Virus record (IMG/VR): IMGVR_UViG_3300045988_167063
Direction: 5' to 3' (one strand)
Source: a virus
DNA length: 64,000 bases
Position numbers and translations under genes: made by a program
Shown: positions 42,905 through 52,486 of the stretch, piece by piece
How the letters are laid out: every line of letters starts with the position of its first letter
Position numbering within the stretch: position 1 is the stretch's first letter
Notes under the pieces: model-generated
What the model was told of the DNA's origin: nothing
Seen by the model: the letters and a program-made list of their open reading frames with translations, nothing else
Database searches by the model: none

Positions 42905-43921
42905 ATGTCGCTACTTGATGAACTTAAAAGTATTGCACAAGATAAAGGTGCTTTAGTTGGTGGATTAGAGGGCAAAAAGATTTTAATTTATGGCTCAAAT
43001 GATTGTGGAAAGACTTATCAATCAATGCACTTAGATAAACCACTACTTCTTATGACCGAGAGTGGTGGTGGTGCATTAAGCAATCGTAAAAAGTCTATTT
43101 CGACTTGGAGTGCATTTTGTCAAATGGTTGAAACTTTGGCAGGTAAGCATTATGAGGAAATGAAAAAACTCTTTTCTACAATTATTATTGATACAGCCGA
43201 AAATCTTGTTGATTTGTCTGAAAAGTCAACTTGTAATGAATTTGGTGTTCGTGATTTGAGTGAAATTCAAGGCAGACAAAATGGCTACAAAATTTCAAGG
43301 AATAATTTTTCAGCACAAATTAATAAATTGACATCACAAGGTTATTGTGTTGTATTTATTTCACACGAGGAAACAGTGGAAAGAACTGACCCTGTTACTA
43401 ATGAAAAATACTCGTATGTTCAGCCAAAGGGAACATCAAATGAAAAATCCTCAATGCGTATGCTCCGTGATTTGTGCGATTTTGCCATTTATGTAAGACC
43501 AAATGGCATTGACCCAAGCACTTATGAAACAATACCTTCTACGGCTATTTGTAAAGAAACAAAAACAAGTTTTGCTCGTTCAAGATTTGCTATGCAGACT
43601 TTTATTGACCCATTTACAGCCGAAGGACTTAAAGAGGCTATTGAAAAAGCCATTGAAAAGTCGGCAGAAAATGAGGGTGTAGCCGTTGAAAAATATAAGC
43701 AAAAGAAAGAGTCTTATACAAAACAAGACTATTTTGATATGATTGCCCCTTATGTTAAGAGGTTGTCAAAGAACTTTGCTAACGAAATTTCAAATATTAT
43801 TGAGAGTGAACTTGGCGAAGGTCGTAAAATTACAAGTGCTGACGATGACGAAATTATAAATCTTGATAATATTTATAATAGACTTGTCACACTTGCAACA
43901 TCGTTAGACATAACGGTGTGA
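42905..43921 (+). CDS. RecA-fold ATPase (AAA_24 / Sak4-like recombination protein)
   Basis: Walker A ILIYGSNDCGKT and Walker B TIIIDTAENL. Typical size and neighbourhood for this family. Confidence 0.6.
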   Translation: MSLLDELKSIAQDKGALVGGLEGKKILIYGSNDCGKTYQSMHLDKPLLLMTESGGGALSNRKKSISTWSAFCQMVETLAGKHYEEMKKLFSTIIIDTAENLVDLSEKSTCNEFGVRDLSEIQGRQNGYKISRNNFSAQINKLTSQGYCVVFISHEETVERTDPVTNEKYSYVQPKGTSNEKSSMRMLRDLCDFAIYVRPNGIDPSTYETIPSTAICKETKTSFARSRFAMQTFIDPFTAEGLKEAIEKAIEKSAENEGVAVEKYKQKKESYTKQDYFDMIAPYVKRLSKNFANEISNIIESELGEGRKITSADDDEIINLDNIYNRLVTLATSLDITV

Positions 43922-43946
43922 GTACATAAGAATATAATTGCAAATT

Positions 43947-43983
43947 ATTTAGCCACTTTGATTTTGTGTCGGAGTGGCTAAAT
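43947..43983 (+). promoter_or_regulatory. 10-bp perfect hairpin in front of the first methyltransferase
   Basis: ATTTAGCCAC (43947-56) pairs with GTGGCTAAAT (43974-83). There is no U-tract, and the RBS AAAGGAG follows at 43986. Confidence 0.4.
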
Positions 43984-44000
43984 TTAAAGGAGTGTTTAAA

Positions 44001-44702
44001 TTGTTCAATAAATTATTTAATAATGATTGTTTTAATATAATGAAAAATCTAATAAATGAAAATATTAAAGTAGATGCAATTATTGCCGACCCACCCTATA
44101 ACATAAAATATACTGATTGGGATAAAGAATTTAATACTCCTTTGGCTATTGATTTATGTTTAAATTTATTAAAACCCAACGGAAATTTGATTTTATTTCA
44201 AGGTTGGTCGAATGTTTGTAAAACAATTACATATATAGAAAATGAGCATAAAGAATTATTATTAAATAATTGGATTGCATATGATAGAATAAAAGGTCGT
44301 GGAGCAAAGAAAAACTTTGTTTCTACAAGAGAAGATATTTTATGGTATTCAAAAGGCAAAAATCCGACTTTTAATAAAATTTATTCAAATATCCCTAAAA
44401 AAACAGGCGGTATGGGCAAAAAGAACGGAGAAGAAAATCGTGCATTAACAAATGTTTGGTATGATTTGTCACCTATTGTTCCTTGGAGTAAAGAAAGAGT
44501 GGCACACCCCTCACAAAAATCTATTCAGCTTATGGAAAGATGTGTAACTATTTGGACTAATGAAGAAGATACTATTCTTGATTTTACTATGGGTAGTGGC
44601 AGTACAGGTGTAGCTTGTAAAAACTTAAATAGAAATTTTATAGGAATTGAAAATAACGAAGAATATTTTAAAATTGCAAAGGACAGAATATTAAATGCCT
44701 AA
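44001..44702 (+). CDS. DNA methyltransferase, N6A/N4C family (DPPY, beta-class order)
   Basis: LFNNDCFNIMKNL, IIADPPYN, then the C-terminal HPSQKSIQLMERCV and [13 protein letters not shown] (FxGxG). TTG start at 44001, 8 nt after AAAGGAG. The track starts at a GTG at 43974. Confidence 0.8.
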   Translation: MFNKLFNNDCFNIMKNLINENIKVDAIIADPPYNIKYTDWDKEFNTPLAIDLCLNLLKPNGNLILFQGWSNVCKTITYIENEHKELLLNNWIAYDRIKGRGAKKNFVSTREDILWYSKGKNPTFNKIYSNIPKKTGGMGKKNGEENRALTNVWYDLSPIVPWSKERVAHPSQKSIQLMERCVTIWTNEEDTILDFTMGSGSTGVACKNLNRNFIGIENNEEYFKIAKDRILNA

Positions 44703-45243
44703 ATGTAGATTTTGCAAAAAAGAAATAAAGAACACAAAAGAGTGCTATATAGTCGCAGGAGAGCGTAGAAACACTTATTTTTGTAATATTGAGTGTTATC
44801 ATAACCAACTTGCAAAAGACAAATATAAGCCAAGTAAGACTACAATAACAGGTGATATAAATCCAAGACGAGAATTGACGGACTATATTTTAGCACTTTA
44901 TGTCAATCAAGGCATAGATAAACACAATATTCCGTGGCAAATGATGATGTCACAATTAAAAAATATTATAGATAATCATAAAGAACAAAAATACACTTAT
45001 CAGTCAATATTATATGTGCTTAAATATATGAATATGATAGGTGTTAATTTATTTGATGAAAGGTCAAATGGTTCAGTATTGTCGCTTGTAGAATATTATT
45101 ATAACGAGGCAAGGCAATATTGTATTGATACAAATAGACTTAAAAAGGTTTTTGAAAAAGTAGAATTAAATGAAGAACCGATAATTATAACTAAAAATGT
45201 GGGCAAAAGTAAATTACAGTCCAAAAAAATGGACTTTGACTAA
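44695..45243 (+). CDS. hypothetical zinc-ribbon protein (possible replication/helicase-loading role, by position only)
   Basis: 182 aa with an N-terminal CRFCKKEI...CNIEC. It overlaps both neighbours and lies directly upstream of the helicase. Confidence 0.35.
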   Translation: MPKCRFCKKEIKNTKECYIVAGERRNTYFCNIECYHNQLAKDKYKPSKTTITGDINPRRELTDYILALYVNQGIDKHNIPWQMMMSQLKNIIDNHKEQKYTYQSILYVLKYMNMIGVNLFDERSNGSVLSLVEYYYNEARQYCIDTNRLKKVFEKVELNEEPIIITKNVGKSKLQSKKMDFD

Positions 45244-46784
45244 TGGAGGGGTATATGCTATATTTTAATGATATTGGAAATTTAATTTTAGGTGCAATTT
45301 GTAATGATTGTTCTTTAGCTTTAAAGGATAAAATGCCCCTTGTAAAATATGATTTTGAACCTAATCAATTTCATAAAATTGTTTTTGTAAGTGTATATAA
45401 TCTTGCTTTAAAAGGTGTTAAAGAGGCAACAGAGGTAGAAATAACAGAGTTTCTTGAAAATTATACTTCAGAGTATAATACTTTCACGGATAATAATGGA
45501 ATTGAATATATAAAGACAATAAGAACACTTGCAAAAGTTGATAACTTTGATTATTATTGGCAAACTCTCAAAAAATATTCTTTATTAAGAAAATATAAAG
45601 AGAGTGGCTTTGACATAAATAAATTTTTTGATGAGTCAAAAGACGAAACAAAAGAAAGGCAAAAAGTTGATAAAGTTAGTATTGATGATATTGTAAATTA
45701 TTATGACAAATTACAATGTGACATAAAAAATGACTTTTTATTTAACAATGATATAGAGGAAATGATATGTGGTGATGGCTTTGATAATTTACTTGACGAA
45801 TTAGAAAAAGAGCCTATGATTGGTGGGCAACTTGCCTCACCTATTTTGACGAACTTATATCGTGGTTGGTGTAAAGGACACCTACTTTTGCGTGGTGCTC
45901 CGAGTTCTTTTGGTAAAACCTTAATGAGTATTATGGATTTGCTTATGGTTGGTTGTTTAAAGATATGGAGTGAAGATGAACAGAAATTTGTTGACAATCC
46001 CTATTATCAAGGTAAGGCAGTTTTAATTCATTCCGAGCAAAAATCTTTTACTGAAATTCAGCCGAGAGTTGTTTCAGTATTAGCAAAAATCAATTATTCA
46101 ACTGTTCTTGACGGAAATTATACAAAAGAAGAAAAACAAAGGCTTATCGAGGCAGGTCGTATACTTAAAGAAAGCGAATTTAAAATTGTCAATTATCCTA
46201 ATTTTACTTCTTCAGGTATGAGAGAAAAATGTAAACAATTAGCACTTGAGGGATATGAGTATTTTTATCAAGATTACATTTGGAATAATAGTTATATCAT
46301 TTCAGATATGAAAAAAACAATGGGATTGACAAATATTTCAGAGCCTAATGCTTTGTTGAATTTTTCAAATCAACTTAAAATGATTGCCGAGGAATTTGAT
46401 ATTGCTATGGCTACTTCGATGCAGTTGAATGATACATATAAAACAGCCGAAATACTCGATGAGGGTTGTCTATATGCCTCAAAAGCAGTTAAAACAAAGC
46501 TCGATAATGGTTGTATTACAACCCATCCAAAAGAAAAGGACATAAAGCAACTTGACTTACTGATTTCTAAATGGAATAGAAAATACAATACTAATAATAA
46601 CTTTGAACTTCTAAGACCGAATATGTTGACGAGTTGCTTTAAAACAAGATATGGTAAATATGGTGATAATGTAAAAATTTGGTCTTATATTGATAAGTCA
46701 ATAGGTAAAATTACAGATATGTTTGCAACAGATGAACATAATAATTTGATAAATATTCAACCTATGTATATTAAAAGGGTGTAA
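45243..46784 (+). CDS. DnaB-like replicative DNA helicase
   Basis: 513 aa. It has an N-terminal DnaB-type helical domain, then the Walker A motif LLLRGAPSSFGKTLMS and a RecA-like C-terminal domain. Confidence 0.7.
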   Translation: MEGYMLYFNDIGNLILGAICNDCSLALKDKMPLVKYDFEPNQFHKIVFVSVYNLALKGVKEATEVEITEFLENYTSEYNTFTDNNGIEYIKTIRTLAKVDNFDYYWQTLKKYSLLRKYKESGFDINKFFDESKDETKERQKVDKVSIDDIVNYYDKLQCDIKNDFLFNNDIEEMICGDGFDNLLDELEKEPMIGGQLASPILTNLYRGWCKGHLLLRGAPSSFGKTLMSIMDLLMVGCLKIWSEDEQKFVDNPYYQGKAVLIHSEQKSFTEIQPRVVSVLAKINYSTVLDGNYTKEEKQRLIEAGRILKESEFKIVNYPNFTSSGMREKCKQLALEGYEYFYQDYIWNNSYIISDMKKTMGLTNISEPNALLNFSNQLKMIAEEFDIAMATSMQLNDTYKTAEILDEGCLYASKAVKTKLDNGCITTHPKEKDIKQLDLLISKWNRKYNTNNNFELLRPNMLTSCFKTRYGKYGDNVKIWSYIDKSIGKITDMFATDEHNNLINIQPMYIKRV

Positions 46785-46787
46785 TGT

Positions 46788-47198
46788 ATGAACGATTTAG
46801 ATAGAAACAAAATAAACAGATTAAAATTACTTTACGAGTCGGAATTATATGATAATAAAGGTTTGAGTGCTAATACAACTAACATATGTTTAAATAAACC
46901 TTTTGAATTTGAGTATGACACAAACACAGATATGACTAATAATAATTTTTCCAAATCTAAAAATGAAGTTATTGTTTTATATATTCAAAATAGAACGCAT
47001 AGAAAAAAGAGAATAAACAAAAAATGGTTAAAAAAATTTGGTGTAACTGAAAGAAAAATAAATTGCCATATAGATTATAATATGAAAAATATATGTAATT
47101 ATGAAGTTAAGATAAATACAACAGAATTGACCGATTTTATTAAAGAGATGAAACAACATAGAAATAGAATTTATTTTGAAAATCCGATTAATAATTAA
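46788..47198 (+). CDS. hypothetical protein
   Basis: 136 aa, beginning 3 nt after the helicase stop. Confidence 0.5.
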   Translation: MNDLDRNKINRLKLLYESELYDNKGLSANTTNICLNKPFEFEYDTNTDMTNNNFSKSKNEVIVLYIQNRTHRKKRINKKWLKKFGVTERKINCHIDYNMKNICNYEVKINTTELTDFIKEMKQHRNRIYFENPINN

Positions 47199-47318
47199 GG
47201 TGAATATGATATTATGAATGTAAAATATGATTATAAAAATCGCACATATTATATTAAAGAGAAAGTCCACAATCAAACAATGATTATGTAGTTTGAAGAA
47301 TGTGACAGGTCTTTTGAT

Positions 47319-47618
47319 ATGATATATTATAATGTTGTATTGGGTGTATATAATAAAAGAAAGCACACACAGAAAAACGAAAATGATGCTATCGTTACAG
47401 GAAAATATCCATTTGAAACAGTAGCAAAAGCTATGAGAGTATTTAATCTTTTAGAGGAAGAAGTTATAAAAGAAAATAAATTCTACAATAGAAAAATAAT
47501 GATAATGATTAGTTGGGTTGACAATAGACGAAGGGATATATATTATAAATATTTATCAAGGCGTGGTTATAAATACGAAGTAGTAGATGGACAGAAATTT
47601 ATTTGCAAAATATATTGA
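47319..47618 (+). CDS. hypothetical protein
   Basis: 99 aa. No motif was recognised. Confidence 0.45.
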   Translation: MIYYNVVLGVYNKRKHTQKNENDAIVTGKYPFETVAKAMRVFNLLEEEVIKENKFYNRKIMIMISWVDNRRRDIYYKYLSRRGYKYEVVDGQKFICKIY

Positions 47619-47643
47619 CAAGCAGAATGAAATATGTTATAAT
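47615..47643 (+). promoter_or_regulatory. sigma-A-type promoter
   Basis: TTGACA, 17-nt spacer, TGtTATAAT. It overlaps the upstream stop codon. Confidence 0.6.
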
Positions 47644-47786
47644 TAAGACACAATAAAAATAAAAAAGGAGATTTATGTGGACGAAAATATGGAATGTATT
47701 TTAGTTTTAGGTTTATTTTTTCTATATTTAATAGTAGATAGATTTTTTGATTATTTAAACGAAAGAAATAATAGGAGGTAAAAATA

Positions 47787-48434
47787 ATGCTTAGTGGAAC
47801 TAAACTTGCAGGTAGTAATTCTAAAAGAGGTAGAGTTGAGAATGATTTTTATGCAACAAATCCAAAAGCAGTTGAAATGTTGCTCTCAAATAGTGAATTT
47901 AAAAAATGGTTTTGGAAAGATTATAACAATGGAAGCGATATAGAACTTTTAGAACCTTGTGTGGGTCAAGGACATATTATTCAAGGAATAAAAAATTATT
48001 ATAATAACAAAAATCTACTTATTAATTTTACCTGTCTTGACATTGCTGACCGTGGATATGATAATGTTATTGTGCAAGATTTTATGGAATATGATACAGA
48101 TAAGCGTTTTGATTGTATTATGACAAATCCACCTTATGAAATTGCAATGGAATTTGCACAAAAAGGAATGGAATTGTTGAAGCCTAATGGCAAAATGTGT
48201 ATGTTTTTAAAAATTCAGTTTTTAGAGGGTAGAAAGAGAAGAGAATTTTTTGACAAATACCCTCCTCGTTATATTTATGTATTTGAAAAAAGAATGGGAA
48301 CTTGGCGAAACGGAGAAGAATTTGAAGAAACGGAAGATGGAAAGAAAAAAAGATTATCGACAACAATGTGCCACGCTTGGTTTTGTTGGGAAAAGGGATT
48401 TACAGGTGAACCGATTGTGAGATGGGTTAGATAG
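47787..48434 (+). CDS. DNA N6-adenine methyltransferase (NPPY, gamma-class order)
   Basis: LEPCVGQGHI corresponds to motif I and IMTNPPYE to motif IV. AGGAGG RBS. Confidence 0.7.
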   Translation: MLSGTKLAGSNSKRGRVENDFYATNPKAVEMLLSNSEFKKWFWKDYNNGSDIELLEPCVGQGHIIQGIKNYYNNKNLLINFTCLDIADRGYDNVIVQDFMEYDTDKRFDCIMTNPPYEIAMEFAQKGMELLKPNGKMCMFLKIQFLEGRKRREFFDKYPPRYIYVFEKRMGTWRNGEEFEETEDGKKKRLSTTMCHAWFCWEKGFTGEPIVRWVR

Positions 48435-48443
48435 GAGATAAAT

Positions 48444-49230
48444 ATGAGTTTAGCTGAAATGTATAAGAGCGCAGATTATAAAGATAAAAATGGAATGTTG
48501 TTTAATAATGATTGTCTTGAGATTATGAAGAATATACCAGACGAAAGCATAGATTGTATTATTTGCGATTTACCTTATGGAACTACTGACTGTAAATGGG
48601 ATAGTGTAATTCCCTTTGAGTCTTTGTGGGGGGGGGTACGAAAGAATAATAAAAAATGATGGTGCTATTATACTGTTTGGTTCAGAGCCATTTAGCAGTG
48701 CGTTAAGAATGAGTAACTTAAATTTATATAAATATGATTGGGTTTGGGATAAAATTCAAGGTGCTAATTTTCTAAATGTTAAGTATCAGCCCTTAAAAAA
48801 TGTTGAAAATATTATGGTGTTTTCAAAAGGTCGTATAACTAATGGTAAAAGACAACCGATTAAGTATAATCCACAAGGAGTACACAAAACAAATACTGTA
48901 AAAACAAATTCATCTGATTATAATGGCACTTTTGGTTCATCAAGCGTTAAAAAAGGCAAGGAATATGTAACAACAGGAAGTGGTTATCCTAAATGTATTT
49001 TACAATTCGCAAAAGATAAAGATGGATTGCATCCAACACAAAAACCCGTTAAATTACTTGAATACTTAATTAAAACCTACACAGACGAAAACAATATTGT
49101 TTTAGATAACTGTATGGGTTCTGGTAGCACAGGAGTAGCGTGTTTAAATACAAATAGAAAATTTATAGGTATAGAATTAGACAAACAGTATTTTAATATT
49201 GCAGTTGAAAGAATGAAAAATAAGGAGTAA
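48444..49230 (+). CDS. DNA methyltransferase (DPPY-type, N6A/N4C family) interrupted by a +1 frameshift in a G9 tract
   Basis: Track ORFs 48444-48659 (...[26 protein letters not shown]) and 48616-49230 ([19 protein letters not shown]...[14 protein letters not shown]...[13 protein letters not shown]) are the two halves of one enzyme. With 8 G instead of 9 the frame is continuous (WGGYERII). Confidence 0.75.
48628..48636 (+). repeat. G9 homopolymer inside a methyltransferase gene
   Basis: Counted directly: 9 consecutive G in an otherwise AT-rich genome. Confidence 0.95.
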
Positions 49231-49237
49231 AAAAAAT

Positions 49238-49969
49238 ATGGTATATATGGGCAGTAAATCACGAATAGCTAAAGAAATTGTGCCGATTATTCAGTCTTAT
49301 ATTGATGATAATAATATTCATAATTATTTAGAGCCATTTTGTGGGGGGGGCAATGTAATTGATAAGGTAAAATGTGAACATAAATATGCAAGTGATGTTC
49401 ATCCTTATTTAATTGCATTGTTAAAGCAAGCACAAAAAGATACAAGTGTATTTCCTGAAACGATTACTTTAGAAGAATATAAAGATGTTAAAGACAATAA
49501 AGAAAAATATCCTGCTTGGTATGTTGGACTTGTTGGGTTTTGTGCAAGTTATAATGGTAAATGGTTCAGTGGTTATGCAAATAATATTAAAACTAAAATC
49601 GGAACAGTTAGAAAGTATGCAGACGAAAAAATAAGAAACCTCATCAAACAATCATTAAACTTAAAAGATATTCAATTTACTTGTTGTGATTTTAGAAATA
49701 TTAAGCCGACTATTAAGAATTTTGTGATTTATTGCGACATTCCTTATAAAAATTCTACAAAATATAAAGTAGATGATTTCCCTTATGATGAATTTTATGA
49801 TTGGTGTAGACAAATGGCTAAAAATAATATAGTATTAGTCAGCGAATATAATATGCCAGATGATTTTGAGTGTATATGGCAAAAAGAAATTAAAACCTCA
49901 TTGTGTATAGATAGAGCAAAAACAGACTCAAAACGAGTTGAAAAACTTTTTATAATAAATTCAAAATAA
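49238..49969 (+). CDS. Dam-like (D12-class) DNA N6-adenine methyltransferase
   Basis: YMGSKSRIAKEI, LEPFCGGGNV (motif I) and YCDIPYKNST (a DPPY variant). Confidence 0.75.
   Translation: MVYMGSKSRIAKEIVPIIQSYIDDNNIHNYLEPFCGGGNVIDKVKCEHKYASDVHPYLIALLKQAQKDTSVFPETITLEEYKDVKDNKEKYPAWYVGLVGFCASYNGKWFSGYANNIKTKIGTVRKYADEKIRNLIKQSLNLKDIQFTCCDFRNIKPTIKNFVIYCDIPYKNSTKYKVDDFPYDEFYDWCRQMAKNNIVLVSEYNMPDDFECIWQKEIKTSLCIDRAKTDSKRVEKLFIINSK
49343..49350 (+). repeat. G8 homopolymer inside the Dam-like gene (in frame; encodes the motif I GGG)
   Basis: Counted directly: TGT GGG GGG GGC. Confidence 0.95.
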
Positions 49970-49972
49970 TAC

Positions 49973-50001
49973 TTGACAATCTCCTTATCTTGTGATATAA
50001 T
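49973..50001 (+). promoter_or_regulatory. sigma-A-type promoter
   Basis: TTGACA, 17-nt spacer, TGaTATAAT. Confidence 0.65.
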
Positions 50002-50032
50002 TAAGACAACAAATAGATAAGGAGATTTTTTT

Positions 50033-50218
50033 ATGAGAATTTATACAATATTAGTCAATGGAGAGAAAGTCTTGCCAAAAGCATATAAAACTTATGGTGA
50101 AGCATTAGAGTGTATTCTTTGCCCATTAAATATAAAGAACACACAAAGGTTAGGTCAAGGATTGTTTGTAGTAAACGATACAACATATCAGATTACAGAA
50201 TGTTATGTGGAGGATTAA
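50033..50218 (+). CDS. hypothetical protein
   Basis: 61 aa with an AAGGAGA RBS. Confidence 0.55.
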   Translation: MRIYTILVNGEKVLPKAYKTYGEALECILCPLNIKNTQRLGQGLFVVNDTTYQITECYVED

Positions 50219-50220
50219 CT

Positions 50221-50748
50221 ATGAGAGAAATATTATTTAGAGGGAAACCTGTTCATAAAGAAGATTATACACTTTACGAAAAACTTTACAAGTCTGATGT
50301 TTTTAAAGATGGATTTGCCTATGGTTCTTTAGTTGTAATAAAAGATAAATATTATATTTGTATAGGTGTTGCAGGTGTTTCGATTAACAGTTTAATCAAT
50401 AATACAACAGCGACTTTAGTTGAGGTTATTCCTGAAACCGTAGGACAATTCACAGGCTTGACCGACAAAAACGGTAAAAAGATTTTTGAGGGGGATATTG
50501 TAAAAACTCAACCATTTTCTGATAAACCTTATTCCAGCAAAGCAAAATATAAAAAGCATATTGGTGTTGTCGAATATCGGATACGACATTTCAAAAATCA
50601 TTTTTATGGACAGGATTACGAAGCCAGATGGACAGTTACAATCATTGACTATGGCAAATTCACTTGTTATAATTGGAATGAATTTTTTAAATGCGAAATT
50701 ATCGGCAACATACACGATAACCCTGAATTGTTGGAGGTAAAAGAATGA
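50221..50748 (+). CDS. yopX: YopX-family protein (second copy)
   Basis: MREILFRGKPV...TVGQFTGLTDKNGKKIFEGDIV...IGNIHDNPELLEVKE. ATG at 50221 after GTGGAGGA. The track ORF starts upstream at 50110 in the same frame. Confidence 0.75.
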   Translation: MREILFRGKPVHKEDYTLYEKLYKSDVFKDGFAYGSLVVIKDKYYICIGVAGVSINSLINNTTATLVEVIPETVGQFTGLTDKNGKKIFEGDIVKTQPFSDKPYSSKAKYKKHIGVVEYRIRHFKNHFYGQDYEARWTVTIIDYGKFTCYNWNEFFKCEIIGNIHDNPELLEVKE

Positions 50749-50924
50749 CAAATTTTGAGCGAATTAAAAATATGAGTGTTGAGGAAATGGCAAGTGAAAT
50801 CAATCACATAGGCAATGTTCCTTGCTTTCCTTGCAATGACAGAAGATGTACAGGAGATAGCGGTAGTGTTATCAAATGTTGCAAAGGTATAAAAAAGTGG
50901 TTTGAAAGCGAGGTAGAGGAATGA
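50745..50924 (+). CDS. hypothetical small Cys-rich protein (59 aa), paralogue of 21824-22027
   Basis: Hand-found ORF MTNFERIKNMSVEEMASEINHIGNVPCFPCNDRRCTGDSGSVIKCCKGIKKWFESEVEE, with ATGA overlaps on both sides. Confidence 0.5.
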   Translation: MTNFERIKNMSVEEMASEINHIGNVPCFPCNDRRCTGDSGSVIKCCKGIKKWFESEVEE

Positions 50925-51442
50925 AAGCACAAGAAGCAATTAAAACGCTCAAAATGGAAATGTTGGGCGATGATGAGCAAATGAAATATGCTAAACAAAT
51001 GGCAATAGAAGCACTTGAAAAACAAATACCTAAAGAGCCTATTAAAAAATATGATTGTAAAAATTGTATTCACGATGAAATATGCCCTGTATGGGATGAT
51101 TATAATGACGAACCTTGCAAAGACGGATATAGAGGATTTTGTCATAATTATGATAAATTTAAAGATAAATCACTAATTGTTGAATTGCCTTGTAGGGTTG
51201 GCGAAGAAATTTATGTTTTAAACAAAGAGAACATACCGCAAAGAATGATTTTAGACAAACCCGACATAAGATGTTATTGTCCAAAAGAAGACTATTTATG
51301 TAAGGCTTCGTGTGATGATATGAAACACTGTTATTGTGCATATCATTTTAACTATGATGGGTCAGATATTGGTGAAAAAGTTTTTCGCACTAAAGAAGAA
51401 GCAGAAGAAAAGTTAAAGGAGTTAAATAATGAACAAGATTAA
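50921..51442 (+). CDS. hypothetical protein, paralogue of 20029-20403
   Basis: 173 aa. It shares the VELPCR...Y and F-TKEEAE-KLKELN blocks with the other copy. Confidence 0.6.
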   Translation: MKAQEAIKTLKMEMLGDDEQMKYAKQMAIEALEKQIPKEPIKKYDCKNCIHDEICPVWDDYNDEPCKDGYRGFCHNYDKFKDKSLIVELPCRVGEEIYVLNKENIPQRMILDKPDIRCYCPKEDYLCKASCDDMKHCYCAYHFNYDGSDIGEKVFRTKEEAEEKLKELNNEQD

Positions 51443-51728
51443 AGATATTGAATTAGAACAAATGAAAGACCTTAATAATTGGAAAGAGATTACGAAAGGA
51501 TTATATCGTTATGTGATTAGTGCAAATGCTTGTTATGAAATTCATATCAAGATACGCAAATTTGATAGACCTATTTTAATGGCAAACGCAAGTTTGTTTT
51601 TAGTCGGTGATTGGCGTGATAAAAATGGGGGTAGTTTCTTTTCAAGAGAGTGTTTATTATCAAAGAACCAAACTGTTCAGAAATGTATTGAAAAGGCAAT
51701 ACAAGATTACAAGGAAAATATGAATTAA
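51429..51728 (+). CDS. hypothetical protein
   Basis: 99 aa with an AAGGAG RBS. Confidence 0.55.
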   Translation: MNKIKDIELEQMKDLNNWKEITKGLYRYVISANACYEIHIKIRKFDRPILMANASLFLVGDWRDKNGGSFFSRECLLSKNQTVQKCIEKAIQDYKENMN

Positions 51729-51740
51729 AGGGGACTTATA

Positions 51741-51965
51741 ATGAATAATAACGATTGGATAAGTATTGATGAAGCTTTACCTACTCACAATTGTAGAGTT
51801 CTTGTTTTTAAAAAAGGAAATGCACCTTATAACGATATAGTAGAAGTATTTTATTATAATAGTGATGAAAAAGTATTTTATAATTATTATTGGAGTTATT
51901 ACGAAGAGATTGCCCCAACATATTGGAAATATATTTATTTACCAGACGGAACAGAGGTATTATAG
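51741..51965 (+). CDS. hypothetical protein
   Basis: 74 aa with an AGGGGA RBS. Confidence 0.55.
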   Translation: MNNNDWISIDEALPTHNCRVLVFKKGNAPYNDIVEVFYYNSDEKVFYNYYWSYYEEIAPTYWKYIYLPDGTEVL

Positions 51966-52012
51966 GAAAATTTAATTGAAAAGTTCAAGAGAAAAAGATT
52001 GGAGAAAAATGA

Positions 52013-52453
52013 ATGAATAGTTATTTAGATTTTGATTTAATGAAAAAATATCCCAATAAATACAACTTAACACCTAAAAACATAAGTACAATTAAAGTAT
52101 TGGATTGGGATAGGCTTAAAGAACATACTTCTGATTACACAAAAAGGGATAATCAATTTTGTTGTCATCTTGAAGGATGTGAAAAAGAAGGACAACCATT
52201 TAATAATAAAAATGAATTTTGGATAGGCTTTTTTGTAGACGGAGAAGTTGCTTGTTATTTTACTACTCTCTTTGCTATTTTCCACAAAAAAAATGAAAGT
52301 CCTTATTCTCTTTATAGCGATTATTATAATTTTGAAAAGTTTTATTCCATAAAAAGTATTAAAAATCCCTACGATATGCAAGTTCAAGTAAATGCAATTA
52401 AGTACCTAAATATGTTAATTGACGAGAAAATTATTTCACCACCAAACGAATAA
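52013..52453 (+). CDS. hypothetical protein
   Basis: 146 aa with a GGAGAAAAA RBS. Confidence 0.55.
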   Translation: MNSYLDFDLMKKYPNKYNLTPKNISTIKVLDWDRLKEHTSDYTKRDNQFCCHLEGCEKEGQPFNNKNEFWIGFFVDGEVACYFTTLFAIFHKKNESPYSLYSDYYNFEKFYSIKSIKNPYDMQVQVNAIKYLNMLIDEKIISPPNE

Positions 52454-52486
52454 ACATACCCTATGAGGTATAAAGGAGAAAGTTAA

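Noticed and set aside
28241-43983. The 13-mer GGAGTGGCTAAAT shared by 28241-53 and 43971-83 (with TTAGCCAC-like words also in the ncRNA locus) as a meaningful repeat
   Set aside because: A single 13-nt match within 64 kb on two strands is within chance expectation. Only the local 10-bp hairpin at 43947-83 is retained as a feature.
48444-49230. Treating ORFs 48444-48659 and 48616-49230 as two separate genes
   Set aside because: The first ORF carries only the DPPY half and the second only the C-terminal HPTQKP/FxGxG half of a single methyltransferase fold. They overlap exactly at a G9 tract, and removing one G fuses them in frame.
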